This document shows positions 7,475 through 18,000 of a DNA stretch of 48,466 nucleotides, in pieces; within the stretch, counting starts at the first letter, position 1; every line of letters starts with the position of its first letter. This DNA is from a virus. Lineage: Duplodnaviria > Caudoviricetes. The notes under the pieces are model-generated. The model searched no databases and was not told where the DNA came from. It saw only the letters and a program-made list of their open reading frames with translations. The stretch lies in the IMG/VR virus record IMGVR_UViG_3300020440_000022, positions 1 to 48,466 of that record, one strand, 5' to 3'. The translations under genes were made by a program, and so were the position numbers.

Positions 7475-8485
7475 TTATAACTCGTTGTATATGTCTAAAA
7501 GTGTTTTGATATTGAATTGTTCACTGTCAATTGCACTTATTTCGTTGGTTACAATTTGATCTACACTTTCAAATTGCGCTATATCAAGTTCTGTAGAAAT
7601 TTCTTCAATTTGTTTTTGTGGAATAAGACTTATTTCTCTACAATCGTACTGATTAATAAATGTTTCTTTGATGAACTGTGCTTCTTCATAAGAAATAGGA
7701 ACGTCAATGCTTACACGAAGATACATCTTTGGCTTAATAATTTTATCTGTTTCTTCGAGAAGTTGTTTTAGTCCTATAGTTCTATATTTAGGACAGTTCT
7801 CCCAATTGATATATTGTGGTTCTTTGTTGTTTTCTCTATCAAGAATCATCATACCACGGTCGTCATCCCAAGCATCAGCATAATTGTGTGGTAAAGCATT
7901 TCCTATGTAGTGAATTTTTCCTTTGACTTGTCTTTTATGGAAGTGTCCGCTAAAAACATATTCCTGATGTTCGAAGTGTTCTGCACGTAAATCACCGTGG
8001 TCGGGCATCTGTACCATAGCATTCATATAGAAACTTGGTAATTCAAAGTGTCCAAACATGTATCGTGCTTTTATTTTAGGAATCCTCTTCCATTCTTCTC
8101 CTACTAACCACGGAACAAGGGCTACATCGTCTTGTTCTAATATCTCATTTACAACAGTAACACCTGGAATATGTCGTCCAAACTCAACACTGTGTAAGTC
8201 ACGCTTGTCTTTGTAGTATAAATCGTGGTTGCCAGGAAAGTAAAAGAATTGATCAAAACTTTTACCTAGTTTTTCTAAACACCGAATGGTATAATCCATA
8301 GTGTTGATATTGAGACTGTTTCGATTGTGATGCCAGTCGCCACAGAATATAGCTGTCTCACAGTTATTTTCTTGTGCTTGTGTAATAAACCAATCTACAA
8401 ACTCTTCACAATCATCGTTGTGTTGTTTACTGTTTCCTTTTAAGCCAAAATGGATGTCAGTAAACACTGCTGCTTTCTTAAACAA
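7475..8485 (-). CDS. gp47: Recombination nuclease subunit (T4 gp47 / SbcD / Mre11-like)
   Basis: Metallophosphoesterase motifs DIHFG, GDWHH, GNHD, GHFE, SGHFH; TTG start with GAGG RBS; adjacent to gp46. Confidence 0.95.
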   Translation of the reverse strand: MFKKAAVFTDIHFGLKGNSKQHNDDCEEFVDWFITQAQENNCETAIFCGDWHHNRNSLNINTMDYTIRCLEKLGKSFDQFFYFPGNHDLYYKDKRDLHSVEFGRHIPGVTVVNEILEQDDVALVPWLVGEEWKRIPKIKARYMFGHFELPSFYMNAMVQMPDHGDLRAEHFEHQEYVFSGHFHKRQVKGKIHYIGNALPHNYADAWDDDRGMMILDRENNKEPQYINWENCPKYRTIGLKQLLEETDKIIKPKMYLRVSIDVPISYEEAQFIKETFINQYDCREISLIPQKQIEEISTELDIAQFESVDQIVTNEISAIDSEQFNIKTLLDIYNEL

Positions 8486-8511
8486 ATCTAACCTCTTCCT
8501 TACGCTGTTGT

Positions 8512-8540
8512 ATTATAGCGTAAATGTTTACACATGTCAA
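8512..8540 (-). promoter_or_regulatory. Perfect sigma70 consensus promoter for the gp47-gp46 operon
   Basis: TTGACA (8540-8535), 17-bp spacer, TATAAT (8517-8512). Confidence 0.85.
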
Positions 8541-9370
8541 GTGTTTTTTCCTAGTTCTGCTTCTCTTTTTTGTTGATTTTCCCAATCACCTTGTGCTTGT
8601 CTAGTGTAACTAGGGTTCATATTGTTCATTTCAAGTATGTCGTCTCGGATATTTTGATTTCGTTTTTCAATATTAATAACTCTGACAAATGAGTTTGTAA
8701 CTGCGGCTGTATAATAAGCGAATGGATTGTTGGACTTTGACTCGTCAAACTGTAAACCAATTTGAGCAAGTTGTAATATCGCTTGTCCTCGCATTTCGTC
8801 ATTGTACGTATATCCTCTAACATTACCTCTTGTACCATATCTGTCACACAGTTTCATCCACATCATAGCAAGTTTATTTGTGGCCTTTCCATGGTCTTTT
8901 GAAAAATAGCCGTTTTCCATTCCCCCTTGCCAATGACTTTTACCTACACAAATTAGTTCATCATTTTCATTAAACTTATAATGCATGAAAGGAGGAAAAT
9001 TTAGCCTTACTTTTTTATCTGCTTCTGTTTTAGGATTTTTCTTTCTACCAGGTTCGTCTGGTATATGCTCGTACGTCATTATTCTAAAGATGAGTTCGTG
9101 TTTTGATATTTTTCTATAGTCAATTTCAAACTCAGCTAGTTTTACTTTTTGTCCTTGTGACTTTGCAAGGTCGAACTGTTGAGTTTGAAGTCTTTTTGCT
9201 TTGTTTCTTTTTGCCTCAGCAATGGTTCTTACATTTATTTTTTCAACACTAGCTAATATTATGTCATATTGACTGTGTTCTTCGGTATCGACATAACTAC
9301 AGAAAGTACCTTTTGACTTATGTATTTCTTTAAGTATGTCTTTGTTGTTAAGATAATTAACTTTTCTCAT
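8537..9370 (-). CDS. gp55: Late-transcription sigma factor, T4 gp55-like
   Basis: N-terminal NYLNNKDIL and C-terminal GYTYNDEM...FDESKSNNPFAYYT...NSFVRVINIEK; the 55-47-46 order is typical of T4-like phages. Confidence 0.85.
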   Translation of the reverse strand: MRKVNYLNNKDILKEIHKSKGTFCSYVDTEEHSQYDIILASVEKINVRTIAEAKRNKAKRLQTQQFDLAKSQGQKVKLAEFEIDYRKISKHELIFRIMTYEHIPDEPGRKKNPKTEADKKVRLNFPPFMHYKFNENDELICVGKSHWQGGMENGYFSKDHGKATNKLAMMWMKLCDRYGTRGNVRGYTYNDEMRGQAILQLAQIGLQFDESKSNNPFAYYTAAVTNSFVRVINIEKRNQNIRDDILEMNNMNPSYTRQAQGDWENQQKREAELGKNT

Positions 9371-9392
9371 TTTTTCTCCAAATTATACTCTT

Positions 9393-9421
9393 ATTATAAA
9401 CTACTCTGTTAAAAAAGTCAA
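9393..9421 (-). promoter_or_regulatory. Sigma70-type promoter for the gp55-like gene
   Basis: TTGACT (9421-9416), 17-bp spacer, TATAAT (9398-9393); GGAG RBS follows. Confidence 0.8.
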
Positions 9422-9427
9422 TAAATA
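9421..9427 (+). promoter_or_regulatory. Late-promoter-like box for the baseplate operon
   Basis: ATAAATA 24 nt before the 9451 ATG, overlapping the -35 of the divergent sigma70 promoter by one base. Confidence 0.6.
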
Positions 9428-9450
9428 CTTTATATAAAAGGAGTTTTTTT

Positions 9451-10353
9451 ATGCCAACAACATTCAAAGACGGAATAATATCAAAAAACGGTGTCAATAT
9501 GGGAGTAGACGTTAATCCGTCTGGTGATCCTGGAGTTGCAAGTGCGTTAGCATCACAAGGACGTGGCATAGCTGATCCTTTAGCAAGTGTATCTAATACT
9601 ATTGGTAGCGAGTTTACAAGAGTAACTGAGGGTATAAAACAAAATGTAGAAGATTTTGTGCAAGATACTGGCTTTGGCAAACTTTTACGGGCAGTCAACT
9701 TGTTAGATGACGCAATGCCTGAAGCTTTTAGTTTTGGAGGAGACGTGAGCTTTGGAAGTAGTGGCGGTGAACCTGACTGGAGAGTCAAATTGTCATTGCC
9801 TAGCACATTCAAATCTAGCAACGTTCTTGCTCCTTTGTTGAAAACTGGAGGAATGGTATGGCCATATACCCCGCAAATTTATGTTACACATTCAGCTGGT
9901 TATACCCCTATTAAACCAGTACATAGTAATTATCCTTTTTTTGCATATCAAAATTCACAAGTGGATTCATTCAGTATTACTGGAGATTTTACAGTTGAAA
10001 ATAGTTTAGAAGGCCAGTATTGGCTAGGAGCAGTTCATTATCTACGTTCTGTTACTAAAATGGCATACGGTAAAACAGATCATCAAGGTGCTCCACCACC
10101 AGTAGTAAGACTAAACGGATATGGAGATTATGTATTTAAGAATGTCCCAGTCATTGTACAAAGTTTTTCAGTAGAATTAAACCAAGATGTTGATTATATA
10201 AAGGTGGATATAGGACCAAACGGGTCTTATGTACCAACAAGAAGTAACATACAGGTCACTGTACAACCTATTTACAGTAGAAGAGCAGTTGAAACATTTA
10301 GTTTACGTAACTTTGTTAACGGAAACTATGTAGCTAGAGGCGGATTTATCTAA
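9451..10353 (+). CDS. Baseplate tail-tube initiator/cap (gp48/gp54-like tube fold)
   Basis: WPYTPQI and GAPPPVVRLNGYG..FKNVPVIV motifs; placed before gp53-like, hub and spike genes as in contractile tail loci. Confidence 0.6.
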   Translation: MPTTFKDGIISKNGVNMGVDVNPSGDPGVASALASQGRGIADPLASVSNTIGSEFTRVTEGIKQNVEDFVQDTGFGKLLRAVNLLDDAMPEAFSFGGDVSFGSSGGEPDWRVKLSLPSTFKSSNVLAPLLKTGGMVWPYTPQIYVTHSAGYTPIKPVHSNYPFFAYQNSQVDSFSITGDFTVENSLEGQYWLGAVHYLRSVTKMAYGKTDHQGAPPPVVRLNGYGDYVFKNVPVIVQSFSVELNQDVDYIKVDIGPNGSYVPTRSNIQVTVQPIYSRRAVETFSLRNFVNGNYVARGGFI

Positions 10354-10655
10354 TGGCAAATTATACTGCACAAAGTCCTTGGCATAAGACCAAAGTTAGA
10401 AACGGACAATACCTTGATGTTTTATCTATTCGTGCAATTCCGGCACAACCAGATGACATACTTTATACAATTGACGAACAGTATACACATAGACCAGACT
10501 TACTTGCGTATGATTTATATAATGATCAAAAATTATGGTGGGTGTTTGCCCAAAGAAATATGGACATTATAAAAGATCCCGTGTATGATATAGAAGCAGG
10601 TGTGCAAATTTACTTGCCAAAAGGTCCAAGTTTAAGAAAACAATTAGGATTATAA
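10353..10655 (+). CDS. gp53: Baseplate wedge protein, gp53-like (LysM-like fold)
   Basis: HRPDLLAYDLY...LWWVFA motif; start overlaps the upstream stop (TAATG). Confidence 0.75.
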   Translation: MANYTAQSPWHKTKVRNGQYLDVLSIRAIPAQPDDILYTIDEQYTHRPDLLAYDLYNDQKLWWVFAQRNMDIIKDPVYDIEAGVQIYLPKGPSLRKQLGL

Positions 10656-13136
10656 ATGGTAAAATTACCACAAAACATTCAATCGCGCATGGAAGCCGCA
10701 GGCAAAACTGTTGATAGTTATATTACAGATAAAGCATCTAAATTACAACTAGAGTTAGCAAATGCAAAATCAATTATAAATGTAAACGGCGTTGCTGATT
10801 CTGTTGCAGGAGTAATAGGAGACTTTGAATCAGCACTTGTAGATCCAGAAACCAATGTTTCTACTAAATTTACTGAGGCATTTCCAAAAGCAACAAACAT
10901 TTTTGATAATTTACTAGGCGGACTATTTAACGGACCTCCTTTTCCTAATCCGTTAAGGAAATTTAGCTCTATGAACTACATTCTAGGTCTAGGAGTTTTG
11001 TCTAATACAGAAATAAATTTTCCTGATTTGACATATAGACGCAGAGATCCTAACATAATGATTGCTAGGTCTGGAGGCGGTTTAGAAAATAAAGCAAGCA
11101 CATTCTATGAAAAAAATGGACAAACTGAATATTTTATAGATGATCTTAATGTAGATTTAATATTAGGATCCAATCCAAAAACAAAACAAACTAATGCAGT
11201 AGCAATTGACTTTAAAATTACAGAACCATATAGTATGGGTCTTTTCCTACAAACATTGCAAATTGCAGCACTACAAGCAGGTCATAAAAACTATCTTGCC
11301 GCACCTTACATAATAACAATTGGATTCAAAGGTTGGGACGATAACGGAAATCCTATATCTTCCCCTGATCTACGTAGATTCGTTCCGATTAAGATAGTAG
11401 ATTTAAATTTTGAAGTTACTGAAGGTGGTAGCGAATATCAGGTTACTGCTATACCTTGGAACGAACAAGCATTTACAAATCAAATACAAAGTACGAAATC
11501 AGATATAAGGGTTACTGGAAAAACAGTTGCAGAGATTTTACAAACTGGCGGATTTAGTGTATCCGCCTCATATAATCAAAGAGAACAAGAAAAGAAAAAA
11601 GATAAACAAGTCAAAACTCCCGACGAGTTTGTAATACTTTTTCCTAAATCTAGGTCTAGTGCAGAGGAACAACTTTTACTAAATGAGCAAGACGATGAAG
11701 GTGCAACTACTGGCGAAGAAAGGGAACTTAATCAAGACGAAAAGCAACAAATATATGACAGTATCAGCGGCACAGAAAACGGGCAAATGCCTGCAGATTT
11801 TGACGCAGAATTGAGTAAACTGTTAGGAATTGTAATAAAAAGAAGTAGCATTGGTGAAAGTATAAGAGAATTTGCACAAAATCCTGAAAATCTTAATCAA
11901 ATAGGTCAAGCAAAACTAGTAGAATCTTATCTTGATGGCGGCAAACAACCATTTGGAAGACCAAAGTTTACAGAAGTTGACGGTAAAGAAGGAGTATTTG
12001 AAAGAGGAAAAATTACAGTCAGTAATAATTTGCGTGATTTAACTTTTGCTAGTGGAACAAAAATACAAACAATGATAGAAGAGATTGTGTTGTTAAGTGA
12101 GTACGGAAAACGTATTGCTGAAACTGAACCAGATGAAAATGGTATGATCCCCTATTTTAGAGTAGAAACTGATGTTTATAATATTACAGATCATGAACAG
12201 ATGGACATGTCTGGAGAATATCCTAAAGTATATGTATATAGAGTTTTAGAATATATGGCACATATTTCTCACTATGCACCTCCTACCAAAAGCGGTATAG
12301 GATATAAGAGTTTAGAAAAACAAGTATGTAAAGAATATGACTACATATACACCGGAAAAAATGATGATATTTTAGAATTTGATATAAAAATAGACAAAGC
12401 ATTTTTTACTGCAATACAACCGTTTGGCGGAGCACATAATTTTGGACCTAAAAGCCAGGAACAAAATAAAACAGCCGGAGATAATGACAATCAAGAGTAT
12501 GAAAAAACAAGTGGTGACACTGATAATTTATCATCTAGTGGTAACGCTAGTTCTGGTGAAGATGATTCTCCTGGATCTGGAGAAACCGCACGAGGAGGAC
12601 TTGACGACAGAACAAGCACTTCAGTAGCAAGAGATTTTAACGATGCTATAGTAAACAGTAATGTTGACTTGTTTAGTGTGCGGATGAAAATATTAGGTGA
12701 TCCATATTACATTGCTGATAGTGGCCTGGGAAATTATAGTAGTGGTACAACACCTTTAATAAATCTTACACAGGATGGAACCCTGGATTATCAAAGTAGC
12801 GAAATACATGTAGCTTTGAACTTTAGAACACCTTTAGATTATGGCAGCGACGGTTGGATGGATTTTCCTGGACTAGGTACACAACCCGTAGGAGCATTTA
12901 GTGGATTATATAGAGTGCTTTATGTGTACAATACGTTCAATCAAGGAGTTTTTAGTCAAGAATTGTATCTGCTGAGAATGCGTAACCAAGAAGGAAAAGA
13001 TACAAAAATTGCAGGAACAACAACTGACAATGTTGCTCTCAAACCAAAACAACAGGGTGAAAGTAACGGTGGTACTGGAGGAACCGCAGATACAAATGAA
13101 ACAATAGCAAAAGGTCAAGAAGGAAATGGGTTCTAA
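10656..13136 (+). CDS. Baseplate hub protein (gp27 / P2 gpD-like)
   Basis: Lies between gp53 and gp5; ITEPYSMG, MKILGDPYY and FSGLYRV...FNQGVFSQEL motifs typical of hub C-terminal barrels. Confidence 0.65.
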   Translation: MVKLPQNIQSRMEAAGKTVDSYITDKASKLQLELANAKSIINVNGVADSVAGVIGDFESALVDPETNVSTKFTEAFPKATNIFDNLLGGLFNGPPFPNPLRKFSSMNYILGLGVLSNTEINFPDLTYRRRDPNIMIARSGGGLENKASTFYEKNGQTEYFIDDLNVDLILGSNPKTKQTNAVAIDFKITEPYSMGLFLQTLQIAALQAGHKNYLAAPYIITIGFKGWDDNGNPISSPDLRRFVPIKIVDLNFEVTEGGSEYQVTAIPWNEQAFTNQIQSTKSDIRVTGKTVAEILQTGGFSVSASYNQREQEKKKDKQVKTPDEFVILFPKSRSSAEEQLLLNEQDDEGATTGEERELNQDEKQQIYDSISGTENGQMPADFDAELSKLLGIVIKRSSIGESIREFAQNPENLNQIGQAKLVESYLDGGKQPFGRPKFTEVDGKEGVFERGKITVSNNLRDLTFASGTKIQTMIEEIVLLSEYGKRIAETEPDENGMIPYFRVETDVYNITDHEQMDMSGEYPKVYVYRVLEYMAHISHYAPPTKSGIGYKSLEKQVCKEYDYIYTGKNDDILEFDIKIDKAFFTAIQPFGGAHNFGPKSQEQNKTAGDNDNQEYEKTSGDTDNLSSSGNASSGEDDSPGSGETARGGLDDRTSTSVARDFNDAIVNSNVDLFSVRMKILGDPYYIADSGLGNYSSGTTPLINLTQDGTLDYQSSEIHVALNFRTPLDYGSDGWMDFPGLGTQPVGAFSGLYRVLYVYNTFNQGVFSQELYLLRMRNQEGKDTKIAGTTTDNVALKPKQQGESNGGTGGTADTNETIAKGQEGNGF

Positions 13137-14488
13137 TGTCTCAACGTAATGTACTAGAAAGAAGTGAACGTCCTTCCTGGATGAAAGGTGTTGGACCGTA
13201 TATAGGAAAAATTGTTAACCATCTTGATCCAGAATACAACGGAAGAATTGAAGTTGAAATTTTAAAAATTACAAAATCTGGAAATTCAGAGGAAGGCAGC
13301 GGTTATCTTATACCTTGTCAATACATTAGTCCGTTCTATGGTGTTACACCTAGGGAAGGCTTATCAGAAAACGCAGGTTATGACTACACACAAAAAAGTT
13401 ACGGTATGTGGGCAATACCCCCAGATGTAGGCGTAAGAGTATTAGTGTTCTGTGCAGAAGAACAATTTGGTTATGGTTTTTGGTTTGGTTGTATACCAGA
13501 TAATAAGATGAATTTTATGTTACCTGGATATGCTTCAACAACATATAACGACACAGATAAATCTTCGCCGTTACCTGTAGGTGAGTATAATAAAAAAACT
13601 GAAAAAGGGGTTGGAACTGATGCCACAGCATTTATCAAACCTGCAAACACAGATGCAGTATCTGCTTTAACTACAAGCGGACTCAAAAATGATAACATAA
13701 GAGGAACCAACACTTCTAGTGCAAGAAGAGAAGTTCCAAGTATGGTGTTTGGTTTGTCTACTCCGGGAATATACGATAGAAGGCCAGGCAAACCTAAAGC
13801 AAAATACGGTGAAAAAGTTGCATCTGCAAATATACCTTTTTCAAGATTAGGTGGGCATAGCTTTGTAATGGATGATGGTGATGCAACACTATTGCGTAAA
13901 GGACATCCTTCTTCATCACCTCCTACATACGCTAATTTTGAAGCTGGAGAATCAGGAGATTTTACACTTCCTCATAATGATTTAATAAGGTTAAAAACTA
14001 GAACAGGGCATCAAATATTGATGCACAATTCAGAAGATTTAATCTATATTAGCAATGCAAAAGGAAGCTCTTGGATAGAATTAACTTCTAACGGAAAAAT
14101 TGACATTTATGCAACAGACAGTGTTAGCGTACATACTTCAAATGATTTGAATATTACAGCAGATAGAGATATAATAATGAAAGCTGGTCGCAACATAGTT
14201 TTAAATGCAGGCAAAGATGGACTTATAACAGCGGCAGAAGGAACACACATATCAGCCAAAACCCATACTGAAAGTGCACCTGATGGAATTAATATGAACG
14301 GTCCGCAAGCAAAACCTGCGTATTCTCCAATGAGAACACCAGAGCATGAACCTTGGGGAGGCCACGAAAATCTTGCACCTACAGAACACACATCTGAAAA
14401 ATCAGATGCCGATCCAGCCGCAGGAAATACACCATTTGTTGCTACAGGATCTCCATCGGTTCCAGATACTTTTAGGAAGTCTAAATAA
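13136..14488 (+). CDS. gp5: Baseplate central spike, gp5-like
   Basis: OB-fold N-terminus (DPEYNGRIEV, PPDVGVRVLV), GHSFVMDD, LKTRTGHQILM, then short beta-helix repeats; no lysozyme domain seen. Confidence 0.8.
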   Translation: MSQRNVLERSERPSWMKGVGPYIGKIVNHLDPEYNGRIEVEILKITKSGNSEEGSGYLIPCQYISPFYGVTPREGLSENAGYDYTQKSYGMWAIPPDVGVRVLVFCAEEQFGYGFWFGCIPDNKMNFMLPGYASTTYNDTDKSSPLPVGEYNKKTEKGVGTDATAFIKPANTDAVSALTTSGLKNDNIRGTNTSSARREVPSMVFGLSTPGIYDRRPGKPKAKYGEKVASANIPFSRLGGHSFVMDDGDATLLRKGHPSSSPPTYANFEAGESGDFTLPHNDLIRLKTRTGHQILMHNSEDLIYISNAKGSSWIELTSNGKIDIYATDSVSVHTSNDLNITADRDIIMKAGRNIVLNAGKDGLITAAEGTHISAKTHTESAPDGINMNGPQAKPAYSPMRTPEHEPWGGHENLAPTEHTSEKSDADPAAGNTPFVATGSPSVPDTFRKSK

Positions 14489-14502
14489 GGTTAAATAGTA
14501 CT

Positions 14503-14949
14503 ATGAGCACTCAAGAAAAACAATTATATAAACAGATAAACATTAAAAGTAATCAAAAAGACACTGTACCTGGAAGTAGAGTCTATAGAGGTATTTCTAC
14601 AGTAAATCCAGAAAACACTAATGTTGTTCTGTATGATATTGCGCTCATAAAACAAGATATATTAAATCATTTTCATATACGCCAAGGTGAGAAGTTATCT
14701 GATCCAGAATTTGGAACTATCATATGGGATGCCTTGTTTGAACCTTTAACACCTGCTCTCAAAGATGCTATTACACAAAATGTACAAAGAATTATATCAA
14801 GTGATCCAAGGGTAAGGGCAGAAAATGTAATTGTAGATCAATACGAAAGTGGTCTACGTATCGAAGCGTCACTGACATATTTGCCTTACAATATTTCTGA
14901 AAGTTTAAGACTTACATTTGATGAAAATGCAGGCTTCTTAAGTTCATAG
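14503..14949 (+). CDS. gp25: Baseplate wedge / sheath initiator, gp25-like
   Basis: IKQDILNHFHIRQGEKLSDPEFGTIIWDALFEP...DPRV motif; TAAATA at 14492-14497. Confidence 0.9.
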   Translation: MSTQEKQLYKQINIKSNQKDTVPGSRVYRGISTVNPENTNVVLYDIALIKQDILNHFHIRQGEKLSDPEFGTIIWDALFEPLTPALKDAITQNVQRIISSDPRVRAENVIVDQYESGLRIEASLTYLPYNISESLRLTFDENAGFLSS

Positions 14950-15000
14950 AATTAACTACCCAGTTTTTAAATTGTGGTAAATATATAAAAGGAATAAAGT

Positions 15001-18000
15001 ATGTCCTCAACAGATAGACAAAATAGATTATTAGTAGCAGAAGATTGGAAGCGGGTATATCAATCCTACAAAAATGCTGACTTCCAGAGCTATGATTTTG
15101 ATAATTTAAGACGCACTATGATAAATTATTTGCGTGAAAATTATCCTGAAGATTTCAATGATTACATTGAAAGCTCTGAGTATCTTGCACTGATAGATTT
15201 AATTGCATATCTCGGACAGAATCTAGCATTTAGAATGGATTTGAATGCAAGAGAAAATTATTTAGAACTTGCCGAAAGAAGAGAATCAGTCTTACGCCTT
15301 GCCCGATTGCTTTCTTATAATCCTAAAAGGAACCAATGTGCAAATGGACTTCTTAAAATTGCCAGTGTGTCTACGACAGAAGAAGTAAAAGACAGCAATA
15401 ATATAAATTTAAAAGATCAAACAATCTTATGGAACGACAGTAGCAACACTAATTGGTATGAACAATTTATTAAAGTTTTAAATCGTGCTTTGCCAGTCAA
15501 CGGCACATATGGAAGACCTGTAAAAAAGGAAACAGTGGCAGGGGTTCCTACAGAACAATATAGGTTCAACAGCACAAATGCTGACGTACCTGCTTTCAGT
15601 TTCAATAAAACAATTGATGGAAATACAACTAGGTTCGAAATTGTATCAAGTGATATAAACAATGGAGCTATTAACGAAGAAGCACCATTTCCTGGTAACA
15701 ATTTTGCTTTCCTTTATAGGGATGATGGACAAGGAGCATCTAGTTCTAATTCAGGATTTTTCTGCCATTTTAGGCAAGGGACTTTAGATCAAGGAACATT
15801 TGCAATTACCAACCCTAGCACAAACCAGACCGTAAGTATTGATGCAACAAATATCAATAATAGTGATTTATGGCTTTACAAATTAGACAGTTTTGGTAAC
15901 GAAGATGAATTGTGGACTAGAGTTGATTCTGTTGAAGGCAACAATGTTGTTTATAATAGTTTGTCAAAAAATATTAGAAATGTCTATAGTGTGTTAACAC
16001 GTATCAATGATAGGATAAGTGTTATTTTTTCAGACGGAGTATTTGGCAATTTACCCCAAGGTACTTTTAGGGCATACTATAGAACAAGCAGAAATGCAAA
16101 GATTGTAATAAAACCGAGAGACATGCGCGGAGTAAGCATTGATATTCCTTATCTATCTCGTACCGGAAAAATTGAACAGATTAGTTTGATATTTGAATTA
16201 CAATACACAGTTGATAATGCATCAGTATCAGAAACAAATGCTAATATAAGAAGTAGAGCTCCTGCAACCTATTATACACAGAATAGATTGATTACAGGTG
16301 AAGACTATCAGATAGGTCCTCTTTCTTCTAGTCAAGAAATTATTAAAGTCAAGAGCGTAAATAGAACATCAAGTGGGTTAAGTAGATATTTTGATCTTAC
16401 AGATGCAACCGGCAAATATAGTAAAACTAACTTGTTTGGTACAGACGGTGTATTATACAAAGAAGTTTATAACAAAAAAACCAAATTTAATTTTAGCACA
16501 AGCATAGATGTTCAAGGCACAATATTAAATATTATTGAACCAATTTTGGGATCAAAAGAAGTATATAATTTTTATAGCAGTCAGTTTCCAAAAATAGATA
16601 CTACAGATCTAAATATTACCTGGACTCAAAATACCAAAGATACAAATGTATCTACAGGATATTTTAAAAATGTAAATGATATAAGACAATTTTTAGGACA
16701 GTTTACTACAAGTGTTTTAAAATTAATTAAACCTGGTGCAAGCATTAAACTACAAGCACCTGCTGGTAAACATTTTATGCCAGATGGTACCTTAATGAAT
16801 GGAGCTGCAGATCATCTAAACAGTAGAACATACAAGTGGGTGAAAGTTGTAAGCGTAAATGGTAATGGTACATTAGACAACACAGATGGAACAGGTCCTG
16901 TAACATTTAATGATGTTATTCCAACTTCGGCTCAATTGGTAGAAATTAAACCAACTGTGTCAAAAAAATTAGAAGACGATGTTAAAACACAATTAATTGA
17001 CCAAACAGTTGCATATCTAACTTATGGGCTACGCTTTGACAGAGATCTAGGACAATGGCGTATAATTACTGCAAACAACCTAAACGCTACAGGTGACTTT
17101 AGTATAGGTAAAACCGGAGACATAACTGGACAACAATTAGATGCAAGTTGGTTACTTAAATTTACAACAGATGGCAACACTTACACTATAGACTATAAAG
17201 GGTCTAGATATGTATTTGAAAGTGACAAAGAAATAAGATTTTACTATGACAGTAGTGACAAAATTTACAACAATCTTACTGGTAAAATAGTCAAAGATAA
17301 AATTACAGTTTTAAATAATAACAACAAGCCAGATTCTGTAGAAAAATTCACAGTTGATTTTGATTGGGAAATAACAAAAGAATTTAGAGATAAAGAGGGA
17401 TACGTAAATAGTAAGAAAATAGAAGTAACATTTTTTGATCAAGACGATGACGGAGTTGTTGATGATCCCCAAATTTTTGAAGAAATAGTTCAAGAAACAA
17501 ATAATCCTACGACAAAATATATCTTTAATAAAAGGTATACTACATCCGATGGAGTAGAGGATTTTAATTATATAAGCAAGGATGAACTTAAACCTATAGT
17601 GCTACAGAATAAAGGTTTTCTAGGAGCATTGAGTCAGTATGATAACGGACAAGTTTTTTATTTTATAGATGAAGATATATTCGAAGTTTATAATGGTACT
17701 ACAGTTACAACATCTCTAACTACAGAATACAAAGCATATATAGGTAGAGAAGGTTTGAGATTTCAATACGTACACGCCGCAGATGATTCATCAAGAATAG
17801 ATCCAAGTGCTAGTAATATAATAGATTGTTATATGCTCACAAGAAGTTATGATACACAGTTTAGACAATATTTAGACGGTACACTTGCTACTAAACCTTT
17901 ACAGCCTTCTAGTGATGCATTATACACAGCGTTTGGACAACAATTAAACAACATAAAATCATTAAGTGATGAAATTATATATAGTCCTGTTAAGTACAGA

